The notes under the pieces: generated by a model
The model's input: only the letters and a program-made list of their open reading frames with translations
Databases searched by the model: none
Told to the model about the DNA's origin: nothing
Program-made: the position numbers and the translations under genes
NCBI GenBank assembly: GCA_951406725.2
Contig: OX597814.1
Coordinates: forward strand, 107,942,001-108,006,000
DNA from: Octopus vulgaris
Lineage: Eukaryota
Direction: 5' to 3'
Length of the DNA: 64,000 bases
Shown here: positions 1 to 12,985 of the stretch, in pieces
Layout: each line of letters opens with the position of its first letter
How positions within the stretch are numbered: the first letter of the stretch is position 1

Positions 1-413
1 AACGAATAAATCTTGACTTCAACGGTTACTTTTTCTCCTGGTGTGGATATGTATGCGTGTATATGTAAGATTCTTATTAGTAATCTCTCTAAACTGTGCG
101 CACACGTTTTTTCACAAGTGCACAAGACATCAATATACGCGCAGATGGTTAATGACCGAAGACAATTATTCATTCACTACATGTAGACATTTGTTACAGG
201 AAGCAAAAAACAATAGAAGTTAACGATTTCTGTGCATCTTATTGTTAACTCGTAAATTAACAGGAGGTGTGTGCGTGTGTAAAATTGTGGGTGTTTACAA
301 TTGCAAACATATAGAATATTCAGTTGCGTCTAACACTCCCATTCGATGATTGTTCCATGTATCATTGTGTACCAAATGTGTGCATTTGTTGTCCTTGTGG
401 CAAATAAATTCCT

Positions 414-639
414 TATAATTGCTTCAAATTTCGGCACAAGGCCAGCGAATTTGAGAAGGGAGAGAGTCAGTCGATTACATCGACTCTAGAGCTTGACCGA
501 TATTTTATTTTATCGATCCTGAATGGGATGAAAGGCAAATTTGACCTCAGTGGAATTCGAACTCAGAACATAGAGCAGGAAGAAATGTTGCTAAGCATTT
601 TGTCTGATGCGCTCATGATTCTACCAGCTCATCACCTTA
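414..639 (-). mobile_element. tRNA-derived SINE, family A (Meta-domain-like), short-tail form
   Basis: Reverse complement has head aaggtgatgagctggtagaatc, B-box-like gagttcgaattcc and the tttgcctttcatccc...gatcgataaaataa module; many related copies in the window. Confidence 0.85.
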
Positions 640-669
640 ATAATCTATACCATGGTAAACTGTGCAAAT

Positions 670-905
670 AAGGCGTCGAATTGGCAGAAAGGTTAGCACG
701 TCAGGCGAAATGCTTAGTGGTATTTCATCTGCCGCTATGTCCTGAGTTCAAATTCCGCCGAGGTCAACTTTGCCTTTCATCCTTTCGGGGTCGATAAATT
801 AAGTACCAGTTGCACACTGGGGTCGATATAATTGACTTAATCCGTTTGTCTGTCCTTGTTTGTCCCGTCTGTGTTTAGCCCTTTGTGGGTAGTAAAGAAA
901 TAGGT
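670..905 (+). mobile_element. SINE family A, long-tail form, with 18-bp target site duplication
   Basis: Full head-to-tail copy flanked by ggtaaactgtgcaaataa at 654-671 and 903-920. Confidence 0.92.
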
Positions 906-1488
906 AAACTGTGCAAATAATGATTACAAAATGAATGAATTTTTTTCTTCTGGGACTCCACTTCACCTTTTCCTTTATTAAATCTCTCTCCACATTGAAA
1001 ACTCTGTACAATGATATCAAAACAGTCGACAAAAACAGATGCTGCGTTAGAGAACAGCTGCTGCAGTGTTGCATTGAGAAGTCTGCACTTCTTAACAAAG
1101 GGGCGATAAGTCGTAATCACTTTGCAGATAGAAAAGTCTGCCAGACTACTACAACATATGCATTGCTTCTAAGATATCTTCAGGCAGAAATTATCAGGAA
1201 TAAAAAATTTTTTAAAAATGATTTTTTTGCAATTACCGTTACAAACAAATTTAGGGCGTTTAAATAATTAAATTTGTTTCTGCTTGTAACGACACCAAGT
1301 CTGAGATTTTAATCAAATTTTCAGAGCTAAATTAAAACCAACCACTGATTATTGTGTTGTCTTTGCTGTTTGTTTAAATGTCTAAATCAGAGGAGTTGTT
1401 ATAAGTTATAATTCTGCAAGCTATTCTGGAGTTTGTGGTATATTTTCATAATATACATTAATAATATATATTCTTTCATTCAAGTATA

Positions 1489-1692
1489 TGAGGCGGTGTT
1501 GAAAAGTTCCTGGCTTTGGGTAAAAGAAAATACAGGAGGATCAGTTAATTACGGATTTAACATATTTCCCTCTCAGACTCACACACTTATTGCAGCAGGC
1601 CTTCAGTTTTTCTAAGTCCTGTAAAAGAACTCAGAAGGTTTGGCCTCCAACCAGGCCTTTTGTGATATCAGGAACTTCTGAGCACCCTCTTG
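1489..1692. mobile_element. Mariner-type MITE
   Basis: Imperfect TIRs tgaggcggtgttgaaaagttcctg / caggaacttctgagcaccctcttg, TA on both sides. Confidence 0.7.
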
Positions 1693-2415
1693 TATATGTT
1701 TAAAATCTTGTACCTACATTTTCCAACCTTTTATTTCCTGATAGTTCCAGACTAGAATAGAACTAACAACCTTTACTTTTAAACTAAAGACAGAAATATC
1801 CATATTTAGGGAACTACATACTTGTTTTATAAAAGGGATTTGACCAAATGGCTCACTCTCTTAGAGGCGGTATCATAGCCAAGGAAGATTATCCCAAGTG
1901 TGGTTATAGCTAATTGAAAACTATTTTGCTTTATCGGGTTCTGAAATAAAAACCTTTTCCAGTGGCGGCTCGAGTATAGAAACTGCATCACCCCCTATTT
2001 CCACTCAATATTATCGATAACATTTGATATAATGAGTCCTTTTTTCTTTAATTCTGTCTTTATACTTGTACATTATATCATCCTTAAGCTTAATGTCAGT
2101 AGCCATCCCCTAGTTTCTGAAAAAAATACAAAAATCCTTGTATAGAACTGTGCACTTCACAGTTCCAGCAACACAGTGTTTGGCTAGTGTGAAGATAGGA
2201 AGCTTCACACTAGGGAAAGAGAGCACTGTGTAAACGACAGGGCCGGGTAAAAGGTAGTGTTTCTTTTAGACTCTGCGTGTGTTATACTTAAAAAAACAAG
2301 TTTATATTCTTGAATGAGAAAAAGTGTAGAATTAGATTATTATCCTGCTTCCAGCTTCAGTCTTGCTGACAGGATTTGAAAAAAAAGAGCATATCTCCCA
2401 CCCCTTATTTTGTGA

Positions 2416-4209
2416 TGCAGAGATGCTCAAAATATCTGGTAGTGTCGGCTATAGCCTAGTCACCCGTATAGTTAACCAGGTGATACACGAAGGAGTCATA
2501 CCCAATGACTGGTGTAGCAGCATAATAGACAACTGCTACAAAGGTAAAGGTGACACCCTACATACAAATAATTACAGAGGTATCAAGCTGTTGGATCAGG
2601 TAATGAAGGTTACGGAGAGGGTCATAGCCCAACTAATTAGAGAGGGAGATAGTTTAGATGAGATGCAGTTTGGGTTCATGCCAGGGAAAAGCACCACTGA
2701 TGCCATATTCCTGGTAAGACAGCTGCAGGAGAAATATCTAGCCAAAGATAAGCCCCTGTACCTGGCTTTCATTGACATGGAGAGAGCCTTCGACAGGGTC
2801 CCCCGATCCCTTATCTGGTGGTCAATGAGGAAACTAGGGATAGATGAATGGTTTGTGAGAGCTGTGCAAGCCATGTACAGGGACGCTGCTAGTAAGGTGA
2901 GGGTTGGCAACAAGTACAGTGAAGAATTCCGGGTAGAGATTAGGGTCCACCAAGGCTCAGTCCTCAGCCCCCTCCTATTTATCGTAGTCCTCCAGGCAAT
3001 AACAGAGGAATTCAAGACAGGATGCCCCTGGGAGCTCCTCTTCGCTGATGACCTTGCTCTAATTGCTGAGTCACTATCGGAACTGGAGAAGTTTCAGGTG
3101 TGGCAGCAAGGATTAGAATCAAAGGGCCTTAGAGTCAACCTAGCTAAAACCAAAGTCCTAATAAGTAGGAAGGTAGACAAGTCACAAACGCCTTCAGGTA
3201 GATGGCCTTGCTCGATCTGTAGAAAAGGCATAGGTAGAAACTCTGTAAGATGCACCAAGTGTAAGCTTATGGACACATAAGAGGTGCAGCAATGTCAAGG
3301 GAAGGCTAACTAGGAAGATAGTTTTTTGTATGTGGCAGATGCTCGGGAGCATTAACCTCTGAAAATCTGCAGAAAACAACTTCCGTCACTTTCCAGGGAG
3401 AAAAACTAGAAATAGTTGATAGCTTCCATTACCTAGGTGAGCAAGTCAGTAGCGGGGGTGGGTGTGTTGAAAGTGTAACTGCTAGAGTAAGAATAGCCTG
3501 GGCAAAGTTCAAAGTGCTCTTACCTCTGCTAGGGACAAAAGGCCTCTCGCTCAGTAAATGGCAGACTGTATGACGCATGTGTACGAACAGCCATGCTACA
3601 TGGCAGTGAAACATGGGCCGTGACTGCTGAGGATATGCGTAAGCTTGCAAGAAATGAAGCCAGTATGCTCCGATGGATGTGTAATGTCAATGTTCATACT
3701 CGACAGAATGTAAGTACCTTGTGAGAGAAGTTGGACCTAAGAAGCATCAGTTATCATGTGCAAGAGAGACGTTTGCGCTGGTATGGTCATGTGGTGAGAA
3801 TGGATGAAGATAGTTGTGTGAAAAAGTGCCACACCCTAGCGGTTGAGGGAACCTGTGGAAGAGGTAGACCCAGGAAAACCTGGGATGAGGTGGTGAAGCA
3901 CGACATTCGAACTTTAGGTCTTACTGAAGAAATGACTAGAGACCGAGACCTTTGGAAGTATACTGTGCGTGAGAAGACCCGGCAGGACAAGTGAGACCAT
4001 AACCCATGGCCTCAGTCCACTTATGCATACCTTTCCTTCTTGGGACACAAAACTCTACTTGTGAAGACCTGTTGAGACAAGTGAAAATCAAAATCAAACC
4101 AAAATTGATCAACATCAATGGAAATTGTAGCTGTGATACAGACCCCAGTTGCACTGTCCAACCCATGCCAGCATGGAAAGCGGGGGCTAAACGCTGATGA
4201 TGATGATGA
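2416..4209 (+). mobile_element. 5'-truncated, frameshifted RTE-clade LINE (RT, Cys/His finger, C-terminus, 3' UTR, (TGA)n tail)
   Basis: ORF 2363-3280 has NYRGIKLL, QFGFMPGKSTTDAIF, FIDMERAFD, QGSVLSPLLF and FADD; downstream frame has RRLRWYGHVVRM and GRGRPRKTW; ends in gatgatgatga. Confidence 0.95.
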
Positions 4210-4724
4210 AGGGGATGGTGTTCAGTGAACAAATTACACACACTACCCAGCAGTGGCTAAAACATGAACTGGTCAAGCTTATGTATGAATATTCTTTCTA
4301 AATGTTTGTTTCCTTTACACAAAATTAAGACAACGGCTAAAAATGTTCCGAAGCAGCACCCGAACTAATTTTATCTACGAACCCGCTGTTGCTCTTTTCT
4401 CTTCAAAGTCCTTACAATCCATTCAAATGTATCTCGAGTTCTCGTTTCAAAATATTTCAATGTTAAACAGCAGGAAAACTCGTAGAATATTACACAGTAC
4501 TTACTTAAACTTCATTTTGAGTTCAAATCTTACCAAGAGCAATCTTGCATGTTTCAGTCATATATATATATATATTTCGAGGTTATGAGAGGTATTGGTG
4601 TCAAGAAGACCTAAAGGTGTCAGATAATGCTGAGTAAGTGCTTTGGACAGACTACAGTTAAGCTCTTGGTTCAATAACGATATGAATGAGGAGTTCAATG
4701 TAGGTCATGTATTAGCATGCATAT

Positions 4725-5228
4725 ATATAAAAATTAACAGAATGAGATAAAAAAAAATCCAGGCTATGAAAATTTTCAGCGAAGGTCTTACAGCTGTTTC
4801 TGGGATATTTTATATATCCCTTCATCAGAGACGGTGCGAGAAGATGTTTAAGTAATTGTTATTATAGTGAAGATATGAAATACAGAGTGAAGTGGAGGAA
4901 TGAAAACAGACGTGAGATATGTAAGGATATTGTATCTGCAGTTCCATTATTTAAGCAGAATGGTGTATATGTTTCCTACCATTCTGTTTAAATAATGGAA
5001 CAGCAGATAGAATATCCTTACATATCACACTTCTGTTTTCATTCCTCCTCTTCACTCTGTATTTCATATCTTCTCTATAATAATTATTACTTAAACATTT
5101 TCTCGCACCGTGTCTTATGAAGGAATATATATAAAATATCCCAGAAACAGCTGTAAGACATCTTTCTAAATGTTCTGAAAACTTACACAGCTTTGGATTT
5201 ATTATTTCATTCTGTTTATATATATAAT
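4725..5228. mobile_element. ~500-bp fold-back of a Penelope-like 3' end, hammerhead core in each arm
   Basis: Arms ~4725-4963 and ~4977-5228 are diverged reverse complements flanked by (TA)n. Confidence 0.8.
4786..4833 (-). ncRNA. Minimal type I hammerhead ribozyme motif
   Basis: Minus strand gtct-CTGATGA-a-gggatat ataaa atatccc-a-GAAA-cagctg-TA-agac: stem I gtct/agac, 7-bp stem II, palindromic stem III ACAGCTGT, GUA site. Confidence 0.75.
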
Positions 5229-5618
5229 CAGGCATGTGTCGTCAGTAATTACTCAGGGTAGGCAGTTGGTGACCTTTATGTAGTAAAACAAAAAAATAAG
5301 CAAAACATAGGCACGACTGAGTTGTAGGCAAATATACACTCTGCCTTTATAGCGCATAAAGAAAACGTTGTAGGAGTGTACGCAGCACGTATACTACAGC
5401 AATACTATGCATAGCTTTAATACTGAGATTGAAAGGCAGGGACAAATTATGCCTACCTAATCTACAAAAAATAAAATATTCTGTATATTATGCATAATAA
5501 TCAGAGTAACCTTCATAATTTTATTGAATTAGGGCCATATTTTGCCAAAAAGAGAAAATGCTGCTATCAATCTATTTTATTCAAGGTAGACACTGCCTAC
5601 CCAAGTGGCTTGTCCCTG
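5229..5618. mobile_element. Possible hAT-type MITE
   Basis: cagg...cctg ends and inverted subterminal gggtaggcagt / actgcctaccc; TSD imperfect. Confidence 0.35.
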
Positions 5619-5992
5619 ATATATATGCTCTTACACATTTATAATCTCATGCATGGATGTTAAATCCCAGTAGGCTCTGCTTAACCCTACAAACTTGTTA
5701 CCAGTTCAAATATACTTGAGGCATGTATCCAATCCCGTAAGAAAACCATTCACTGTATTTTTCCGTAGCGAAAATTCCTTGCTGTAGACAAAGAGGTGTA
5801 AATACATCAAGTCAGCTAACCAGATTGTTGGCTGCATATTACATGAAGGATTAAGGACAGATCCTAAAATATGATTTTTACTGAAAGACAGGTGTTTTTA
5901 CTATGAAAATCCAAAGCTGAAATGTAAATCATTGGAATTTTTTTTCACCTAAGTGTGAATATTTGTGTATTTTGAGCTTTGTTAATTTAAAG

Positions 5993-6312
5993 CAGAGGTT
6001 CTCAAACATTTTGGGCCACCACCCCGTTCATGACCATATAATACCCTCAGCACTCGACCTCTATTTTTATACATAAATATTTTATATTTTACTAATTTAT
6101 ATGTTATGAATCATTTGATATTTAAGATTATATAATTTGTATAGAATATTATAATAACATTATAATAAATTCATAGCATCCCCCATTTCACTGCCTCCTT
6201 CCCAACACCTCCTATTTCTCTACCGGCCACCTTAGACACCAGCGCCCACCTGGACCCTCTCAATGCCTACCGGGTGGGGGGGGGACATTAGCGCCCACTT
6301 TGAGAACCTATG
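5993..6312. mobile_element. hAT (Charlie-like) MITE
   Basis: TIRs cagaggttctcaaa / tttgagaacctatg; exact 8-bp TSD atttaaag at 5985-5992 and 6313-6320. Confidence 0.88.
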
Positions 6313-6429
6313 ATTTAAAGCAACAGTATTCAAAGAAGGTAAATAAAAGCAAGTCGATTAAATACTTGAAATGTAATTTATTATTACATCAAGGTTATCA
6401 AAACATACAAACGGTAAAATAGTGGGAGA

Positions 6430-7030
6430 AATTGCGTAGGAGTGACTGTGTAGTAAGAAGTTTGCCTCACAACCATATGGTTCTGTGTTCGGTCCCATTG
6501 CATGGCACTTTGTCATGAGTCCAACTGAATAAGTACTCGGCTTGAAAAAATAAGTACCGGGGTTGATTCATTAGTCTAAAACCCTTCAATGTGGTGCCGC
6601 AGTCTAATGACTGAAACAAGTAAAAAGGATAAAAGATACTTTTGTCTTTTACTTGGTTCAGTCATTAGACTCCGGCCATGCTGGGGCACCACCTTGAAGA
6701 ATTTTCAGTCAAATGAATCGACCCCAGTATGTATTTTTTTTCAAACCTAGTACTTATTCTGTTGCTGTCTCTTGTCGTGCCGCTATGTTACAGGAATGTA
6801 AACACATCAAGACCAGTGTCAAGTGGTGGTGAGGGGCACGTGCGCAATATATATATATATATATATATATATACACGACGGGCTTCCTTCAGTTTCCATC
6901 TGCCAAATCCATTCATGACACTTTGGTTGGCACAAGGCTATAGCAGAAGACACTTCACCAAGATGCCACGCACTGAAACCAGAACCTTTCCGTTGGGAAG
7001 CAAGCTTCTTAAAACACAGCTACACCTGCA
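6430..7030. mobile_element. Two tail-to-tail copies of SINE family B (CORE-like): internally deleted + copy and - copy
   Basis: Head ggagtgactgtgtagtaag and tail gactgaaacaagtaaaa, followed by the inverted tail, (TA)n and head. Confidence 0.75.
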
Positions 7031-7084
7031 CGCTGTTGTCAAGCTTTACAGTTCCAGTATTCCATCAATATGTCTCTGTGCATT

Positions 7085-7438
7085 GTGGATGCGCAATGGC
7101 TTAGTGGTTAGGGCTGCAAACTCGCAGTCATAGGATCGCAGTTTCGATTCCCAGACCGGGCATTGTGAGTGTTTATGAGCGAAAACGCCTAAAGCTCCTC
7201 AACGCTCTGGCAGTGGGTGGTGGCGAACACACCACAACTTTCTTCCTGTTTCTGTTGTACCTGTATTTCAAAGGAGCTGGCCTTGTCACACTGTGTTATG
7301 CTGGATTTCCCCGAGAACTATGTTAAGGGTACACATATTTGTGGAGTTCTCAGCCACTTGCACGTTAATTTCATGAGCAGACTGTTCCGTTGATCCAATC
7401 AACTGGAACCCAAGTCGTCGTAACTGATGGAGTGCCAA
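7085..7438 (+). mobile_element. tRNA-derived SINE, family C
   Basis: A box tggcttagtgg, B box gtttcgattcc; head shared with the copy at 11051. Confidence 0.75.
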
Positions 7439-7629
7439 ACGCATTGTTATTTTGAAGTAAAGAAAATAGGTTTTTGCTGCAAGGCCTTAACATTTAGGAC
7501 TCCCATTCAAAAAGCAAAATGGCTGTTTCTTGTAATTAATACCATGAATTTAAGTATTTTTTGGTCTGTTGCTTTAAATGCACAGCGTACAATATCGGGC
7601 AACCAAGAGTTGTAAAACACTAATCTACA

Positions 7630-8225
7630 AAAAGTAACCAGGGATCAGGTGGTGGTAAATCCTAGTAGACCCTGATACAGGTTACTAGGGACCAGTTGGA
7701 TGTATTAAACCCTAAGTGACACTGCAAAAGCTACCTGAGAACCACGAGGTGGTGTTATACCATACTCTGCCAAGGGTATCCAGGGGCCTGGGGACGTAAA
7801 ATACTAGATACCCAAATACTCGGTTATGGAGCTGAACCACGATAGTTTGCTAAAGATGCCCAGGGATCAGATGATGTTAATCTCTAAATGTACCCAAATA
7901 CCAGATGATGGTGTTTAAACCAGACGCCAGATGAAGTCCCTTGCTCATGAGCAACAAATTGTTTTCGTCTACCGAATTTCACTTAAAGGAATTTAAGACA
8001 TGTGGTACCCTGCAAAGGGATTTGAACCCGAAACTTTAGCAAAATCTACCTGTATTTCACATACCCTGCATCTGGTCCCTTGGTATCTTTAGCAGAGCCC
8101 ACTAGGGTTTACACCAATACATGGGTCTCGGTACCTTTAGTAGAGTCAACTAGGGTTTTTCCAACAACACCTGGTCTCTAGATATTTTTAGTAGTCCTCG
8201 AGGGTTATGAAAACCAACACCTGAA
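7630..8225. repeat. Degenerate ~50-bp minisatellite present in both orientations
   Basis: Units like gggaccaggtggtggtaaaccctagtagac...ctaaagatacc on + (7630-7920) and on - (8060-8225). Confidence 0.55.
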
Positions 8226-11050
8226 TTTCGAAGTCAATCTCCTTAACTACAGAACCATTTCCACATCTATACACTTAAACTGTAGAAGAATTTTATTTAG
8301 TGTGAAAGTAGCCAGAATCACTTTACTAATTTCGGGTAGAATCCTCTTTTTACTTTAATAGTGCGACAATCCTTTCTAAGCCATTATTGTCAATTTTAAC
8401 AGATTTAAAATATTTGGTCCATGCCGACAGCTTTGATGTTTAAAGAGCGATAAAATAATTGGAATATAAATTTCATTTTAGAGAGAGAGCTTGTTGTTTG
8501 TAACCAATCACTCATGCAATAAATAATCGATTGATCTTTCTCGATTATTGATCTTTCTAGATCACAACTGCATTGATTTTAAATTATTGACCTTTTTCTG
8601 CAAAGAACTTAGTAACTCAGGCAAAGCAGAATAATATCCTATCCAGGATTTAAAAACGACAAAAAAACACAGCTAGAACATGGAGGCCCCTACGTGGACA
8701 CTTCACCGGCTTGAAATAGAAGTCATATCTGTCAAACCACATTTCTACTGTCTTATATAAACAATAGGTACATTGTGTGATGTGACCTTAGATGCAATGC
8801 TTTTAAAAGTGACGATCACGGCTGGAATAGTACACTGAATCAAGGTTAACTTGGGGGTAAATAAAAACCGCCTATGTGACCTGTAGATCTATGGACAGAC
8901 AGGCATCAATATTTTATCAATTCAACCGTTTTAGTTGTACTTCTCAGAGCAGACATTAAAGAGAGAAGGCAAGTTATGGAAAAGGTTGCGAATAGCGATG
9001 AAAGGACGTTGACTCACAAACAACCGATTGATTGTTTAATGATCAGTTAGTTAGTTGGCTATATATTTAACCAATGGTCTAACAATGAAGTGACATCTAA
9101 CCAATGCGTGTGTTAATATAGGTGTAATGACCCTCCCAAGACATTTTTAGTTGTGTTTGTAGAAAAAATAGAGATCGCTGTTGGGCTAACAAATTTGTTT
9201 CGTTATGGCGAAGTGTCAGGTTCGGTTCCATTGCATGGCTCGTTGGTCAATTGTATTCTAGCGTAAACTCGGTCGACCAAAACCTTATGAGTGGAATTTG
9301 GTTGATAGAAACTGTAAGGTGGCAAGCTGGCAGAAACATTAGCACACTGGGCGAAATGCTTAGCAGTATTTCGTCTGCCGTTACGTTCTGAGTTCAAATT
9401 CCGCTGAGGTCAACTTTGCCTTTCATCCTTTCGGGGTCAATTAAAATTATTTTTTTAAATCTGTCAGTCAAAAGGTAAAGATCCAAGGGTGATGTCATAC
9501 TTGGTTGTGGGATGATGAAAATTGTATGCTGGAAAAAAAATCAGTGTTTCAACTGTGTGAATATATATGTGTGTGTGTATGTGAAAGGGGGGTTATGTGC
9601 ATGTGTGTGCGCGCGCAATGGAAGTGGGATTTTTTGTGAAGTAGTATTTCAGTTATTTGTTTTTCAGTTTCAGATGTTTTTTCTTTTGGTTTTTAAATTT
9701 GTGTAATATTTTGCATTGAGATTGAGGTATTTAATGTTTTTCAGTTATTTTTTTGTTGTTTTTTTTTTACCCCTGAAAATCTAAAAAGATTTTTTACCTA
9801 TTTTTTAATATTTTTTTTTTATTTTTATGTTTCTTTCTGTTGTTTTGCAACTTTATGCTTTGCATTTTTGTTCGCTTACTATGTGGGTTTTTAACGTTTG
9901 TCAAAAATTGTTTGTTAACGTAAGCGTGCCCAAACAAGTCGAATGCTTACACAGAGCAGGTTTTACAGCCATATCATCCAAACCGACTGGGTGGAACCGG
10001 GCTTAGCTGCTAGTATATATATATAGTAAAGAATGCAACTTGTAAAATACGGATTAGGAGCCAATGGTGTATATTTCAGTAAGCATATTGTGCCAGTTTT
10101 ACCTAAATTCGATTGGTAATATTGCGATGTGTGTGTATGTGTGTGTGTCTAAATTGAATCTACTGGTGCCTCCCCAGTTTTTGTCGCGTTCCGATACATA
10201 ACAAAAGGAACTATATTTGTTTGACCTTAATACTTTGAACTAAGAATGAAACTGAAAGATGTTTTCTTTGTATTCAGTACAATGGTTACAATAAAGATTG
10301 TATCACTATATCACTCACTACCATAGCTGTGTGTGCGAAAGAAACTATTTCCATTGTTAAATAGGCGCGCGTGTGTGTATGTGCGTGAATGTATTTCTAT
10401 AGTCGAATGTGTGTGTGCGATACCGATTTTTATATAACCTGTATTGTCTTTGCATTTCGTTTTTCACGTAAAGATTTCGTTTTTGCCGTCGAGCCTGCAA
10501 GGTCATGGCACGAACAATTTGCTAACAGGCCAAAACTTCAGCAAAGAAAATAAAACTATGCGTGGATATGAGTATGTATTTATACGTGTATGTGTGTATA
10601 CGCTTGTATGTTTGTATATGTGTGTATGTCTATATGTGTCTGTATATGTGTATATACGTGTATGTCTGTTTGTATACATGTGTTGATAAGGATGTGCGCG
10701 TTTGCGTGTAGTTTGTATGTACTGTTGAGTAGACTGGGGAATGTGATGTGAAGTGCCTTGTTCAAGCATACAATGTGTCTCCAGTCTCATAATCTTTGAG
10801 CCCAACACCTTAACCGCTCAGCCATGTATCCCTACACATCTCAACCCTTAAGCATTGAAACCGGCCATATCCGGTCCAAATATTCAACCTGTTTGAATGT
10901 TCAAACTGACCAGATCCGGCCTCTCACAACAACGCTACAATGGTATTCTCTCTCAGAGCAACAAGGTAATGCTTGATTAATTGAAAACAATATGAATAAA
11001 TGAATCCAGGTAAAAAAAAAAAAAAGCTACACGAAAAGAAGTCACAGGGG

Positions 11051-11360
11051 TGGAGGCACATGGCCTAGTGGTTAGAGCAGTGGACTCGCGGTCGAGGGAT
11101 CGCGGATTCGAATCTCAGACCGGGCGATGTGTGTGTTTATGAGTAAAACACCTTAAGCTCCACGCGGCTCCGGCAGGAGGTAATGGCGAACTTCTGCTGA
11201 CTCTTTCCCCACAACTTTCTCTCACTCTTTCCTCCTGTAACTTGCAGCTCACCTGTGACAGACCGGCGTCCTGTCCAGGTGGGGAACTTATACGTCAATG
11301 AAACCGGGAAACCCGCCCTTATGAGCCAGGCGTGGCTCGTGAAGGAACAAACAACAACAA
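11051..11360 (+). mobile_element. tRNA-derived SINE, family C head with a different tail
   Basis: tggcctagtggttagagc...ggattcgaatc head; ends in (CAA)n-like tail. Confidence 0.8.
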
Positions 11361-12186
11361 AAAGTCACAGGGGTTTTGTCCGGGGGGAAGGTGTCCGAGA
11401 GGGTTTTATCCAAGGAGGTGGTTTTGTCTAGATCCCATAAATTATGACTTTTATTTCCTAGCCAAAATTTTAACTTTATTACTGTGACTTTTTTTTCCCT
11501 CTGACTTTATTACCGGTCACCGAACAAATAAGCATTACATTGTACAGAATAATCCGAATGCTGAAGGGTTTCAATCATAAAACACCGTCAAACACGAACA
11601 GCCTCCCCCCATACACACACATTCCAGCAATTCTTTCACGCAGCTTCTGTCAACCAAATTTCATTCACAACGTTCAAATCAACGCCAGGCCTCGAAAGAA
11701 GACACCCAAGACCCTTACCCAAGGTGTTACACAATGGGATTGAACATGAAGCAACGTAAATGACACATGAACGTCTGAACCACACAGCTAGTTATGATTG
11801 TCTTTAAGTAAAGGAATGTTAAAAGCTCTCGTTCGCCATGTTTCCTGTGTCGAGTGTTTCCATATGTTTAAGATGTGTTTATTGGCTTAATAAGTTAAAA
11901 ATAGTATCTATTATCTCTGAATTTACCTATCAGTTTTATATTATATAGAGCTACTCGTCTTTTCTCTCTTTGTTGTTCTTGTTATATTCTATTGATTCGT
12001 AAATCGATCGAACCATTGATCTGTCTGTCAGAACGACTAGAATATTTCCAAGGTTTCGATTTTCCCCTCGTGTCTATAGACTTAAAACCTGCTCTGCACT
12101 ATTAGTTTATTGTTGGATTAACAATACACACACATCTCTCTCTCTCTTCTCTCACTTATGTGTATAAAGTATGTGGATTATATATA

Positions 12187-12592
12187 CTCTTTACTCTTTT
12201 ACTTGTTTCAGTCATTTGACTGCGGCCATGCTGGAGCACTGCCTTCAGTCGAAGAAATCGACCCCAGGACTTATTCTTTGTAAACCTAGTACTTATTCTA
12301 TCGGTCCGTTTTGCCGAACCGCTAAGTGACAGGGACGTAAACACATCAGCATCGGTTGTCAAGCGATGTTGGGGGCACAAACACAGACACACAAACATAT
12401 ACATACATACATACATACATACATACGACGGGCTTCTTTCAGTTTCCGTCTACCAAATCCACTCACAAGGCTTTGGTCGACCCGAGGCTATTATAGTAGA
12501 AGACACTTGCCCAAGGTGCCACGCAGTGGGACTGAACCCAGAACCATGTGATTGGTAAGCAAGCTTCTTACCAACAGCCACTCCTGCGCCTA
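12187..12592 (-). mobile_element. Full-length SINE family B (tRNA head, CORE-like domain, internal microsatellite, tail)
   Basis: Minus strand ggcgcaggagtggctg...gcgtggcaccttgggcaagtgtc...(TATG)n...gactgaaacaagtaaaagagtaaaagag. Confidence 0.9.
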
Positions 12593-12759
12593 TATATATA
12601 TATATATTTTTTTATATTCAACATTTCATCTATTCAATAAGACAATCAATACTTCATTTCATTTTATTATATATATATTATTTATACTATATATTCTATA
12701 TTCTACGTTAATATTATAAAGAATATAAATAAAACATAAAACATGGAATTTCTTTGAAT

Positions 12760-12760
12760 A

Positions 12761-12816
<56 letters not shown>

Positions 12817-12831
12817 ATATATATATGTGTG

Positions 12832-12876
<45 letters not shown>

Positions 12877-12903
12877 ATATATATATGTGTGTATATATAT
12901 ATA

Positions 12904-12934
<31 letters not shown>

Positions 12935-12985
12935 ATATATATATATGTGTGTATATATATATATATGTGTGTGTGTGTGTTTGTG
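12760..12985. repeat. Compound (TA)/(TG)/(TATG) microsatellite with ~60-bp higher-order period
   Basis: The same block order recurs about 3.5 times. Confidence 0.9.

Noticed and set aside
935-1267. 110-aa ORF and overlapping minus-strand ORFs in unique sequence
   Set aside because: No recognisable domain or strong splice sites; may be UTR or regulatory sequence
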